In this document: positions 21,560-29,804 of the stretch, in pieces
Position numbering within the stretch: the stretch's first letter is position 1
How the letters are laid out: every line of letters starts with the position of its first letter
Source: Sandaracinobacter sp.
GTDB lineage: Bacteria > Pseudomonadota > Alphaproteobacteria > Sphingomonadales > Sphingomonadaceae
Reading direction: 5' to 3'
Length of the DNA stretch: 64,000 nucleotides
Assembly (NCBI RefSeq): GCF_041909755.1
Contig: NZ_JAYRCW010000002.1
Location: 2,565 to 66,564 of the forward strand
Program-made: the position numbers and the translations under genes
Notes under the pieces: generated by a model
What the model was told of the DNA's origin: nothing
Databases searched by the model: none
Seen by the model: the letters and a program-made list of their open reading frames with translations, nothing else

Positions 21560-21571
21560 TAAATACCTAAG
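21560..21571 (+). promoter_or_regulatory. TAG-N4-CTAAG-like upstream motif, copy C (TAAATACCTAAG)
   Basis: Intergenic, ending 40 nt before the MFS start at 21611. One mismatch (TAA instead of TAG). Confidence 0.35.
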
Positions 21572-21610
21572 CATTTTCGGGAGGACGCGGAGAACCGCCT
21601 GGGGAGAGAG

Positions 21611-22918
21611 ATGACGGAACCGACCGCCGTGCTGGAGGCTGGGGCTGCTGACGGGTCGCAGACCGACCGTTCGCTGGAAATTCGCCGCACGGTGGCGCTG
21701 GCGATGCTGTTCCTGGTTGGCACCATCAACTTCGTGGACCGTCAGCTGCTGAGCGTGCTGGTGGAGCCGATCCGGGCCGATATGCAGTTCAGCGACACCC
21801 AGTTCGGGCTGCTGACGGGGCTTGCCTTCGCGCTTTTCTATGCGGCGATGGGGGTTCCCGTTGCCATGCTGGCCGACCGCTGGAACCGGGTGAAGCTGAT
21901 CGCGATCTGCTGCGTGGTGTGGAGCGGCTTCACCGCCGCCTGCGGGCTGGTTTCCAACTTCTGGCAACTCGCGCTCATGCGCTTCGGCGTGGGCGCCGGC
22001 GAATCCGGCGGCACGGCGCCTTCGCTGTCGGTGCTGGCGGATTATTACCCGGCGGCCCGGCGGCCGCTGATCATCGCCATCTTCACCCTGAACGGCCCGT
22101 TCGGCGTGTTCGTGGGGGCGGCGTTCGGCGGCTGGGCCGCGCACAGCATCGGCTGGCGCAATGCCTTCCTGCTGATCGGGGCCGTCGGCATCCTCGTCGC
22201 GCCGCTGCTCTACCTGCTTGTGCGCGAACCGGCGCGCGGCGCGATGGACGGGCACAAGCCGGCCGACACCGCCCTTCCCTTCCTCCAGAGCCTTGCCATG
22301 TTCGTCAGCCGCCCGTCGCTCAGGCTGGTGATGATCGGCAGCGGCCTGTCGGCCTTCGTCAGCTATGGCATGCTGAACTGGATCCCCGCCTATCTGATGC
22401 GCACGCAGGGAATGCCGATCTCCGCGATGGCGACCTGGTTCGCGCCCGCCGCCGGCATCACATTCGGCATCGGCATGCTGGGCGGCGGCTGGCTGGTCAC
22501 GCACCTCGCCGCCCGGTCACCCCGCGCCTATGGGCTGATCCCCGCGATCGCCAGCCTCATCATCGCGCCCTCCCTGATCGCGGCCCTTATGGCCGACAGC
22601 TGGCAGCTATCGCTGGCGCTGATGATGATCCCGATGGCGGCCTGCACCGCCTATGTGGCGCCCGCCCTTGCGCTTGTGCAGAACCTCACGCCGCCGCGTT
22701 CGCGGGCGACGGCGGCGGCCGTGCTGATGCTGATGTTCAACATCGTCGGCCTTGGCCTGGGGCCGCTGTTCGTCGGCGGCGTCAGCGATTGGCTGAAGCC
22801 CGTGCATGGCGATGCCAGCCTGCGCTGGGCGCTGATGACATTGGTGCCGTTCGCGATTGCGGCGGCCGTGGCGCAGCTGGCGATGACACGCCACCTTGAA
22901 AAGGATCTGGCGGAATGA
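21611..22918 (+). CDS. MFS transporter
   Basis: 435 aa with about twelve hydrophobic helices and the MFS loop motif MLADRWNR. ATG preceded by GGGGAGAGAG. Confidence 0.85.
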   Translation: MTEPTAVLEAGAADGSQTDRSLEIRRTVALAMLFLVGTINFVDRQLLSVLVEPIRADMQFSDTQFGLLTGLAFALFYAAMGVPVAMLADRWNRVKLIAICCVVWSGFTAACGLVSNFWQLALMRFGVGAGESGGTAPSLSVLADYYPAARRPLIIAIFTLNGPFGVFVGAAFGGWAAHSIGWRNAFLLIGAVGILVAPLLYLLVREPARGAMDGHKPADTALPFLQSLAMFVSRPSLRLVMIGSGLSAFVSYGMLNWIPAYLMRTQGMPISAMATWFAPAAGITFGIGMLGGGWLVTHLAARSPRAYGLIPAIASLIIAPSLIAALMADSWQLSLALMMIPMAACTAYVAPALALVQNLTPPRSRATAAAVLMLMFNIVGLGLGPLFVGGVSDWLKPVHGDASLRWALMTLVPFAIAAAVAQLAMTRHLEKDLAE

Positions 22919-23796
22919 CCGATGTTGCCGGCAAGACCGCGTTCATCACCGGCGGCGCCAGCGGGCTGGGGCTCGCCACAGCGCGGGCGCTTGCGGCAAG
23001 GGGCGCATCGCTGGTGCTGGCCGACATCGACACCGACCGGGTGACGGCGGCCGCGAGGGACCTCTCCGATGCGGGCGCACGGGCCATGGGCGTGACGCTG
23101 GATGTCACCAGCGAAGCCGGCTGGGCAGCCGCAGGAGAGGCCGCGCGCGCCTTTGGCCCTGTCAGCATCCTGTTCAGCAATGCGGGCGTCGGCGGCGGGT
23201 CGGGGCCGTTCGAACGATATGACACCGAGGTATGGCGCTGGAACTATGCGGTGAACGCGCACGCCCATCTCTATGCCTGCCGCACCTTCCTGGGGGACAT
23301 GAAGGCCAGCGGAAATCCGGCGCACCTCGTCATCACTTCGTCGATGGTCGCGATCGTGCCGCCGCCGATCTCGGTCGCCTACATCAGCTCCAAATATGCG
23401 ACGCTGGGGATCGCCATGGCGCTCAGGAACGAACTGGCGCCAACCCGTGTCGGCATCTCGGTGCTGATGCCGGGCATGTCGGCCACGCGGATCGTGGAAA
23501 CCACGCGCGATCTTCGACCGGCAGAGGTGGAAGCGGGGCAGGCGGCGGCGACCAGCCAGGCGATGCAGGGCGTGCTGGCGGGCGGCATGTCGCCGGCGCG
23601 GATCGGCGAGCGGGTCGTGCGGGCGATCGAGGACGACGAGTTCTGGATCTTCACCCACCCGGAGTGGAAGGACATGGCCGAGGCGGTGACGGGCGACATG
23701 CTGGCGGCCTTCGGCCCATCGGCCGACCCGGATTACCGTGGTGACGACATCGCGGGGCTGATCGCGGCCAATGGCGGCCGCATGTTCGGACGCTGA
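22915..23796 (+). CDS. short-chain dehydrogenase/reductase
   Basis: 293 aa with KTAFITGGASGLGLA, NAGV and YISSKYAT (YxxxK). ATGA overlap with the MFS gene. Confidence 0.9.
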   Translation: MTDVAGKTAFITGGASGLGLATARALAARGASLVLADIDTDRVTAAARDLSDAGARAMGVTLDVTSEAGWAAAGEAARAFGPVSILFSNAGVGGGSGPFERYDTEVWRWNYAVNAHAHLYACRTFLGDMKASGNPAHLVITSSMVAIVPPPISVAYISSKYATLGIAMALRNELAPTRVGISVLMPGMSATRIVETTRDLRPAEVEAGQAAATSQAMQGVLAGGMSPARIGERVVRAIEDDEFWIFTHPEWKDMAEAVTGDMLAAFGPSADPDYRGDDIAGLIAANGGRMFGR

Positions 23797-23807
23797 GGAG
23801 GACGGAA

Positions 23808-24197
23808 ATGGCGGAACAGGACGAGATCCGGGCAATGGCGACGCGCTTCTTCGACGCCATCGAGCAGGGCGACATCGAAACCATGCAGGCAAGCTTCACG
23901 CCCGACGCCGAGATCTGGCACAACACCGACGAACTGATCGTGACCCCTGAACAGACGGCGAAGACGCTGACCGGCATGGTCGCCCGCATCACCGACCGCG
24001 AATATGCCGACCGGCGGCTGACCACATTCCCCGGCGGCTTCGTCCAGCAGCATGTGCTGAAGGGAAAGCGCACGCACGACGGCGGATTGGTGCGCCTGCC
24101 CTGCGCCATCATCTGCCGGGTCGTCGATGGCAGGATCACCCGGCTGGACGAGTATTTCGACTCTGCCCATGTCGCCGAATTCCGCAAATTTGCCTGA
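23808..24197 (+). CDS. SnoaL-like / ketosteroid-isomerase-fold protein
   Basis: 129 aa. FFDAIEQGDIETMQASFTPDAEIWHN...DGRITRLDEYFD is a typical NTF2-like pattern. RBS GAGGAGGA. Confidence 0.7.
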   Translation: MAEQDEIRAMATRFFDAIEQGDIETMQASFTPDAEIWHNTDELIVTPEQTAKTLTGMVARITDREYADRRLTTFPGGFVQQHVLKGKRTHDGGLVRLPCAIICRVVDGRITRLDEYFDSAHVAEFRKFA

Positions 24198-24207
24198 GGA
24201 GGCCCGA

Positions 24208-24852
24208 ATGCCAATCCTGCGCCAGGTTCCGCGCGCCGAAGTCACCAACGAAACGGTGCTGGCCTATTACAACCGCCTGTTCGGAGACCGCGATCCCGTC
24301 GCCGAGCCGGGAACCGCCACCGGCACGCCCGGCGACTGGTGGACGGTCTATGCGCTGGCGCCCGACATCTTCAAGCATGCGATCGACGGCTTCGCGGTCT
24401 ATCGCCACCCGGACCGCAAGATCGATCCGGTGCTGCGCGAACTGGGCCAGACCCGCGCCGGCTGGGTGAAGCAGAGCCAGTTCGTCTTTTCCCAGCATTG
24501 CAAGTCGCTGCGCGGCCTCGGGGTCAGCGAGGAAAAGATCGCCGGCATCCCCTTCTGGCAGGTGGCGGACTGCTACAACGACCAGGAGCGCGCCGTGCTC
24601 GCCTATGCCGATTGCCTCAGCCAGGCCGGCGGCCGCGTGCCGGACGAGGTGTTCGCCAAGCTCAAGAGCTTCTGGAGCGACGAGCAGATCTTCGAATTCA
24701 CCTACATCACCTGCCTCTATGACATGCATGCCGTGATCACGCGCGCGCTCCGGATGGAGTATGACAATCGCACGGATCCCATCGTGGAAATCGCCGCGCC
24801 GGAGGGCTTCAGCGCCGCCGACTTCCTGAGCGCCCCGCGTCCCAGGGAATGA
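24208..24852 (+). CDS. carboxymuconolactone decarboxylase (AhpD-like) family protein
   Basis: ATG 24208 follows GAGGAGG. The 214-aa all-helical protein has the pattern ERAVLAYADCLSQ. The family assignment is by resemblance only. Confidence 0.6.
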   Translation: MPILRQVPRAEVTNETVLAYYNRLFGDRDPVAEPGTATGTPGDWWTVYALAPDIFKHAIDGFAVYRHPDRKIDPVLRELGQTRAGWVKQSQFVFSQHCKSLRGLGVSEEKIAGIPFWQVADCYNDQERAVLAYADCLSQAGGRVPDEVFAKLKSFWSDEQIFEFTYITCLYDMHAVITRALRMEYDNRTDPIVEIAAPEGFSAADFLSAPRPRE

Positions 24853-25823
24853 GCGGTTACGGCACCCCCGAAGTGGTCGCGACCGGCCTTCGCTTTCCCG
24901 AAGGCCCGGTGGCGCTGGCCGACGGATCGGTGCTGCTGGTCGAAATCGCCCGCGGAACGCTGACGCGCGTTTCGCCGGACGGCACGCTTGCGGTGGTGGC
25001 CGAGCTGGGCGGTGGCCCGAACGGGCTGGCGATCGGTCCCGACGGCGCCGCCTATGTGTGCAACAACGGCGGCTTCCAGTGGCACGAAGCCGGCGGGCTT
25101 CTGTTCCCCGGCCACGCTGCGAACGACAAGGCTTGCGGCAGCATCCAGCGCGTCGATCTGACGACGGGGGACGTGACGACGCTGTATGACAGCTTCGAGG
25201 GCGAGCGGCTGAAAGGGCCGAACGACCTGGTGTTCGATGCCCATGGCGGCTTCTGGTTCAGCGACCATGGGCAGGTTCGTGACAGCGGCCGGGATCATGG
25301 CGCGCTCTATCATGCAGCCGCAGACGGCTCGCGCATCAGCCGGCAGCGGGCGCAGATGATGGGGCCGAATGGCGTCGGGCTTTCAGCCGACGGCCGCACC
25401 CTGTTCGTCAGCGAGACGATGACCGCCCGGCTCTGGGCGATGGAGATTGTCTCGCCCGGCGTGCTTGCGCCGCCCGGCCCCTGGTCCCCGGGGCGGTTTA
25501 TCGGAACGCCGCCGGCCTTCCGCCTGCTGGACAGTCTGGCGGTCGAGGAATCCGGGCATGTCTGCGTGGCGACGATGGTGGAAGGCGGGATCAGCATCTT
25601 CGGGCCGGATGGCGACCAGGCATTTCTGCCCCTGCCCGACATCGGCATCACCAACATCTGCTTCGGCGGGCCCGACAGGCGGGACGCCTATGTGACCGCC
25701 TCGACCACCGGCACCCTCTATCGCATCCGCTGGCCGAGGCCGGGGGTACCATTGCACAATTCGTCAATCAAATTGACGATTGCCGGCGAATGGCCGTATA
25801 GAGAGGCAAGAGGACGGGCATGA
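24849..25823 (+). CDS. SMP-30/gluconolactonase/LRE-like lactonase
   Basis: 324 aa with beta-propeller repeats: LRFPEGPVAL, GGPNGLAIGPDG, LKGPNDLVFD and MGPNGVGLSADG. The last ~25 codons run through an AT-rich palindromic region (see findings). Confidence 0.8.
   Translation: MSGYGTPEVVATGLRFPEGPVALADGSVLLVEIARGTLTRVSPDGTLAVVAELGGGPNGLAIGPDGAAYVCNNGGFQWHEAGGLLFPGHAANDKACGSIQRVDLTTGDVTTLYDSFEGERLKGPNDLVFDAHGGFWFSDHGQVRDSGRDHGALYHAAADGSRISRQRAQMMGPNGVGLSADGRTLFVSETMTARLWAMEIVSPGVLAPPGPWSPGRFIGTPPAFRLLDSLAVEESGHVCVATMVEGGISIFGPDGDQAFLPLPDIGITNICFGGPDRRDAYVTASTTGTLYRIRWPRPGVPLHNSSIKLTIAGEWPYREARGRA
25761..25779. promoter_or_regulatory. perfect palindrome TCGTCAAT-CAA-ATTGACGA (candidate operator)
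   Basis: Two 8-bp arms with a 3-nt spacer. It lies inside the 3' end of the lactonase ORF, 41 nt upstream of the GST start at 25820. Confidence 0.45.
25773..25802 (+). promoter_or_regulatory. candidate internal sigma-70-type promoter TTGACG-N18-TATAGA
   Basis: The -35-like hexamer is the right arm of the palindrome. The -10-like TATAGA ends 18 nt before ATG 25820. Confidence 0.3.
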
Positions 25824-26440
25824 AATTCTACAACTCGGTCGGGCCGAATCCGCGTGTCGTGAAGATGTTCATGGCCGAACGGGGCGTGACGATCCCCGAA
25901 GTGGAAATCGACCTGCGCGGCGGGGAGAACCGGCGCGCGCCCTATAATGTGTCGGTCAATCCGGCCGGGCAGACACCGGCGCTGGAGCTGGACGATGGCT
26001 CGGTGCTGACCGAGGTGACGGCCATCTGCGAATATCTGGACGAGGTTTCCCCCGGCCAATCCCTCATCGGGGATACGCCGGAGGCGCGCGCCATGACCCG
26101 CATGTGGACCCGCCGCATCGATCTGAAGATCTGCGAGCCGCTGACCAACGGCTTCCGCTTCGCCGAGGGGCTGCCGATGTTCACCCCCCGGATGCGCGTG
26201 CTGCCCGAGGCGGCCGCCGGGCTGAAGGCCATGGCGCAGGATGGCTACAGATGGCTCGATCCGATGATCGCCGGCCGCGCCTTCGTCGCCGGAGACCGGC
26301 TGACCCTGGCCGACGTGTTGCTGTTCGCCTTTGTCGATTTCGGCTTCCAGGTTGGCCAGCCGGTCGCCCCGGAATGCACCAATCTGCTGGGCTGGTATGA
26401 GCGCATGAAGGCTCGCCCCAGCGCCAACCCGACTGTCTGA
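25820..26440 (+). CDS. glutathione S-transferase (non-Nu class)
   Basis: 206 aa with a thioredoxin-like N-domain (NPAGQTPALELDDGSVLTEVTAICEYL) and a helical C-domain (LTLADVLLFAFVDF). Confidence 0.85.
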   Translation: MKFYNSVGPNPRVVKMFMAERGVTIPEVEIDLRGGENRRAPYNVSVNPAGQTPALELDDGSVLTEVTAICEYLDEVSPGQSLIGDTPEARAMTRMWTRRIDLKICEPLTNGFRFAEGLPMFTPRMRVLPEAAAGLKAMAQDGYRWLDPMIAGRAFVAGDRLTLADVLLFAFVDFGFQVGQPVAPECTNLLGWYERMKARPSANPTV

Positions 26441-26451
26441 GGAGGAAGATC

Positions 26452-27060
26452 ATGGCCGAGACAAACACCCAGTTCGAGTTCCGGGGCGTCAATCACCTCG
26501 CGCTCGTCTGCAAGGATATGGCGAAAACCGTCGAGTTCTACCGCGACGTGCTGGGCATGCCGCTGGTGAAGACGCTGGACCTGCCCGGCGGCAACGGCCA
26601 GCACTTCTTCTTCGATATCGGCAATGGCGACAGCCTGGCCTTCTTCTGGTTCCCCACCGCCCCAGAGGCCGTTCCGGGCATCTCCGCCCCGGAAGCGCTG
26701 CCGACGCGCGGCAACTTCATGTCGGCGCATGGATCGATGAACCACATCGCCTTCAACGTGCCGGCCGAGAAGTTCGATGAATATTACCAGCGCCTCATCG
26801 ACAAGGGCGTGGATGTCACCCAGGTGCTGAACCACGACAATTCGCCCACCCAGTCTTCGCCGGAAATGAACGACGGCGTCTATGTCCGCTCGGTCTATTT
26901 CTTCGATCCGGACGGCGTCTGCCTGGAATTCGCCGCCTGGACCCAGACCTTCGACGAAAGCGACGTGGCGCACGATCCGATGCAGGCCGATGGCACCAAG
27001 CGCCAAGGCCTGATCCTCGCGCATGCGCTGGCCCGCAATGATGCGGCGATGGCGAAATAG
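26452..27060 (+). CDS. VOC family protein (glyoxalase / extradiol dioxygenase fold)
   Basis: 202 aa with VNHLALVCKDMAKTVEFYRDVLGMPLV, NHIAFNV and YFFDPDGVCLEF. Confidence 0.8.
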   Translation: MAETNTQFEFRGVNHLALVCKDMAKTVEFYRDVLGMPLVKTLDLPGGNGQHFFFDIGNGDSLAFFWFPTAPEAVPGISAPEALPTRGNFMSAHGSMNHIAFNVPAEKFDEYYQRLIDKGVDVTQVLNHDNSPTQSSPEMNDGVYVRSVYFFDPDGVCLEFAAWTQTFDESDVAHDPMQADGTKRQGLILAHALARNDAAMAK

Positions 27061-27083
27061 GCGTGTGAACGGGGCCCGGGCCG

Positions 27084-28649
27084 TCAGCCGACTGCCCGGC
27101 TCTGCCCTTCCCAATAAGGCTGGCGAAGTTCGCGCCGCAGCACCTTGCCGGACGGGTTTCGCGGCAGCGCCTCGATGAAATCCACGCTCTTGGGTGCCTT
27201 GTAGCCGGCGATCCGCGCCCGCGCCCAGGCGATGATGTCCTCCCGCGCGGGGCTGTGGCCGGGGGCGGCGACGATCAGCGCCTTCACGGCCTCGCCCCAT
27301 TTCGCGTCGGGCACGCCGATCACCGCCACATCTGCGACACCGGGGCAGCCCATGATCGCGCTTTCGACTTCCGCCGGATAGACATTCTCGCCGCCGGACA
27401 CGATCATGTCCTTGATGCGGTCGTGGACGAAATAGAAGCCGTCGGCGTCGCGATAGCCGACATCGCCTGTCCGCAGCCAGCCGCTGCCGATCGCCTCTTC
27501 CGTGGCGGCGTCCCGGTTCCAGTATTTCTTCATCACCACGTCGCCGCGAATGACGATCTCCCCGATCTCGCCGTCGCCCAGCGGATTGCCGTCGGCATCG
27601 ATGATCGCCATGTCCGTGCCGGGCCAGGGCTGACCGCAGGAGGTGAGCTTGCCCGGCAGATCATGCGCGGACGGGGAGAGGTAGGAGCCGCCGCCCGTCG
27701 ATTCCGTCATGCCGTAGAATTGCACGAACTTGCAGCCAAAGGTGGCCCGCGCGCCCCGCAACACGGCTTCCGCAATCGGCGAGGCGCCATAGGCGATGGA
27801 CCTGAGCGCGGAATAATCGCCGCCCCCGGCTTCCGGCTGCTGCAACATCATCTGGATCATGGCGGGTGCGAGGAAGGCGTGGGCGACCCGTTCCGCCGCA
27901 AACAGGCGGATGGCGTCTGCGGCTGAGAAATCCTTCACCAGCACGATGCGGCTGCCCTGTGCCAGCCCCGCGAAGCTGACGTTGGTGCCCGCCACATGGA
28001 ACAAGGGCATGACGATCATCACCGTCTCGCCCTCGTCATAGGCGAAGCCGTCCACCTCGGCCGCCATCTGCAGGAAGCGGCTGTAGTTGCGGTTTTCCAG
28101 CACCACGCCCTTGGGAAGCCCGGTGGTGCCGCTGGTGTAGAGCTGGAGGACGTCATCCTCCTGCCGGGGCCGGTCGGCCGGCGGCGTCGCCGGCGCAGCG
28201 CCGATCCATTCGTTTAGCGGCTGGAATGCCGGATGCGCGCCATACAGCGCGACGAGCTGCGGCCTGTCCGCCATGCCGTCGACAGCGGCGAGCGCGGTTT
28301 CGAAGAAATCCTCGCCCACGAACAGCAGTTTCGGGGCGGCATCGCCCAGGATGAAGGCGATTTCCCGCGCCGTCAGGCGGCAGTTGATGGGGGCAAGGCA
28401 CGCCCGCGCCCGCGCCGTGCCGAAGAACAGCGGATACCAGAAATCATGGTTCTTGCTGAGCACGGATACCCTGTCGCCTGGCCGGATGCCGGATGCCGCC
28501 AGCCGGTTCGAGATCCGGTTCGAAACGGCATCAAGCTGGGCGAAACTGGTTTCCCGGTCACCGAACCTGATCGCGATATCCTGCCCGTGGCGCGCGGCAT
28601 GGGCGGCCGGAATGTCCGCCAGTGTCCGGATTGCCTCCAGATCGATCAT
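27084..28649 (-). CDS. AMP-dependent acyl-CoA synthetase/ligase
   Basis: ATG 28649 gives MIDLEAIRTLADIP. It has the AMP-binding motif LYTSGTTGLPKGVV, the hinge WLRTGDVGYRDADGFYFVHDRIKDMI and a C-terminal PRNPSGKVLRREL. Confidence 0.9.
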   Translation of the reverse strand: MIDLEAIRTLADIPAAHAARHGQDIAIRFGDRETSFAQLDAVSNRISNRLAASGIRPGDRVSVLSKNHDFWYPLFFGTARARACLAPINCRLTAREIAFILGDAAPKLLFVGEDFFETALAAVDGMADRPQLVALYGAHPAFQPLNEWIGAAPATPPADRPRQEDDVLQLYTSGTTGLPKGVVLENRNYSRFLQMAAEVDGFAYDEGETVMIVMPLFHVAGTNVSFAGLAQGSRIVLVKDFSAADAIRLFAAERVAHAFLAPAMIQMMLQQPEAGGGDYSALRSIAYGASPIAEAVLRGARATFGCKFVQFYGMTESTGGGSYLSPSAHDLPGKLTSCGQPWPGTDMAIIDADGNPLGDGEIGEIVIRGDVVMKKYWNRDAATEEAIGSGWLRTGDVGYRDADGFYFVHDRIKDMIVSGGENVYPAEVESAIMGCPGVADVAVIGVPDAKWGEAVKALIVAAPGHSPAREDIIAWARARIAGYKAPKSVDFIEALPRNPSGKVLRRELRQPYWEGQSRAVG

Positions 28650-28699
28650 CCAACTCTCTCCCCACGTCACCGAATCTGTTTCATTCTGCTTGAATTGGG

Positions 28700-28711
28700 T
28701 AGAATACTAAG
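28700..28711 (+). promoter_or_regulatory. TAG-N4-CTAAG upstream motif, copy D (TAGAATACTAAG)
   Basis: Intergenic between the divergent ligase and MetE-like genes, ending 38 nt before the TTG start at 28749. Identical to copy A. Confidence 0.4.
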
Positions 28712-28748
28712 CAATGCCGTCGAGACTGACAATCTGAAGGGAATTGCC

Positions 28749-29795
28749 TTGCGCGGCCATCCTATCCTGCCGACGACCATCGTGGGAAGCTATCCCCAGC
28801 CGGACTGGCTGATCGACCGGGAGCGGCTGAAGGCCAGCCTGCCGCCGCGCGTGCGCGCCGAAACGCTGTGGCGGATTCCGGAGCCGTGGCTGGCCGACGC
28901 GCAGGAAGCCGCCACGCTGATGGCGATCCGCGACCAGGAAGAACTCGGCATCGACATCGTCGGCGACGGCGAGATGCGGCGGGAAAGCTATTCCAACCGG
29001 CTGGCGACCGCCCTTTCCGGCATCGATACCGAAAAGCACGGCACCGCCATCGACCGCACGGGGAAGGCGAACCCGGTGCCGCTCGTTTCGGGCCCGATCC
29101 GGCGGTTGGGCCCCATCGAGGCGCAGGATGCGGCCTTCCTGCGGCGGCACACCACGAAGCCGGTGAAGCTGACGCTGCCCGGCCCCTTCACCATGACGCA
29201 GCAGGCCGAAAATGGATTCTACCCGGACGCCCGCGCGCTGGCGATGGACTATGCCGATGCGGTCAATGCCGAAGTCCGCGACCTGTTCGCAGCCGGCGTC
29301 GACGTGGTGCAGCTGGACGAACCCTATCTGCAGGCCCGTGCGGCCGAAGCGAACGCCTATGCCATCGAAGCGATCAACCGTTCGCTCGACGGGGTGGAGG
29401 GCACGACCGCGCTGCACATCTGCTTCGGCTACGCGATGGTGCATGGCGCGCATGTCGCAAAACCCAAGGCCTATGATTTCCTCGCCGAACTCGATGCCTC
29501 GGTGGTGGATGTGATCTCCATCGAGGCGGCGCAGCCGGGGCTGGATCCCGCCATCCTCGAAGACCTGCCGAACAAGATCATCATGTATGGCGTGCTGGAT
29601 CTCTCCACGCCCGAGGTGGAGACACCGGAAACGGTGGCGGCGCGCATCCGGCAGGCGCTGCGGCATGTCGATGCCGAACGGCTGTGGATCGCGCCCGACT
29701 GCGGGATGAAATATCACAGCCGCGAACAGTCGCAGGCGAAGCTGAGGGCAATGGTGCAGGGGACGGAACTCGTCCGCGCCGAACTGAAGTCCTAG
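28749..29795 (+). CDS. cobalamin-independent methionine synthase (MetE C-terminal domain)-like protein
   Basis: The homologous region starts at ...GHPILPTTIVGSYPQPDWL. It also has VGDGEMRRESY, LHICFGY and WIAPDCGM. There is no in-frame ATG here. TTG at 28749 lies 8 nt after GAAGGGA. The upstream part of track ORF 28233.. overlaps the ligase gene. Confidence 0.72.
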   Translation: MRGHPILPTTIVGSYPQPDWLIDRERLKASLPPRVRAETLWRIPEPWLADAQEAATLMAIRDQEELGIDIVGDGEMRRESYSNRLATALSGIDTEKHGTAIDRTGKANPVPLVSGPIRRLGPIEAQDAAFLRRHTTKPVKLTLPGPFTMTQQAENGFYPDARALAMDYADAVNAEVRDLFAAGVDVVQLDEPYLQARAAEANAYAIEAINRSLDGVEGTTALHICFGYAMVHGAHVAKPKAYDFLAELDASVVDVISIEAAQPGLDPAILEDLPNKIIMYGVLDLSTPEVETPETVAARIRQALRHVDAERLWIAPDCGMKYHSREQSQAKLRAMVQGTELVRAELKS

Positions 29796-29804
29796 GGAAA
29801 CGGC

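Noticed and set aside
15040-29800. Possible genomic island integrated at tRNA-Arg
   Set aside because: I find no integrase, no transposase, no direct repeat of the tRNA 3' end and no visible drop in GC content or change in codon style. The accessory character is functional only.
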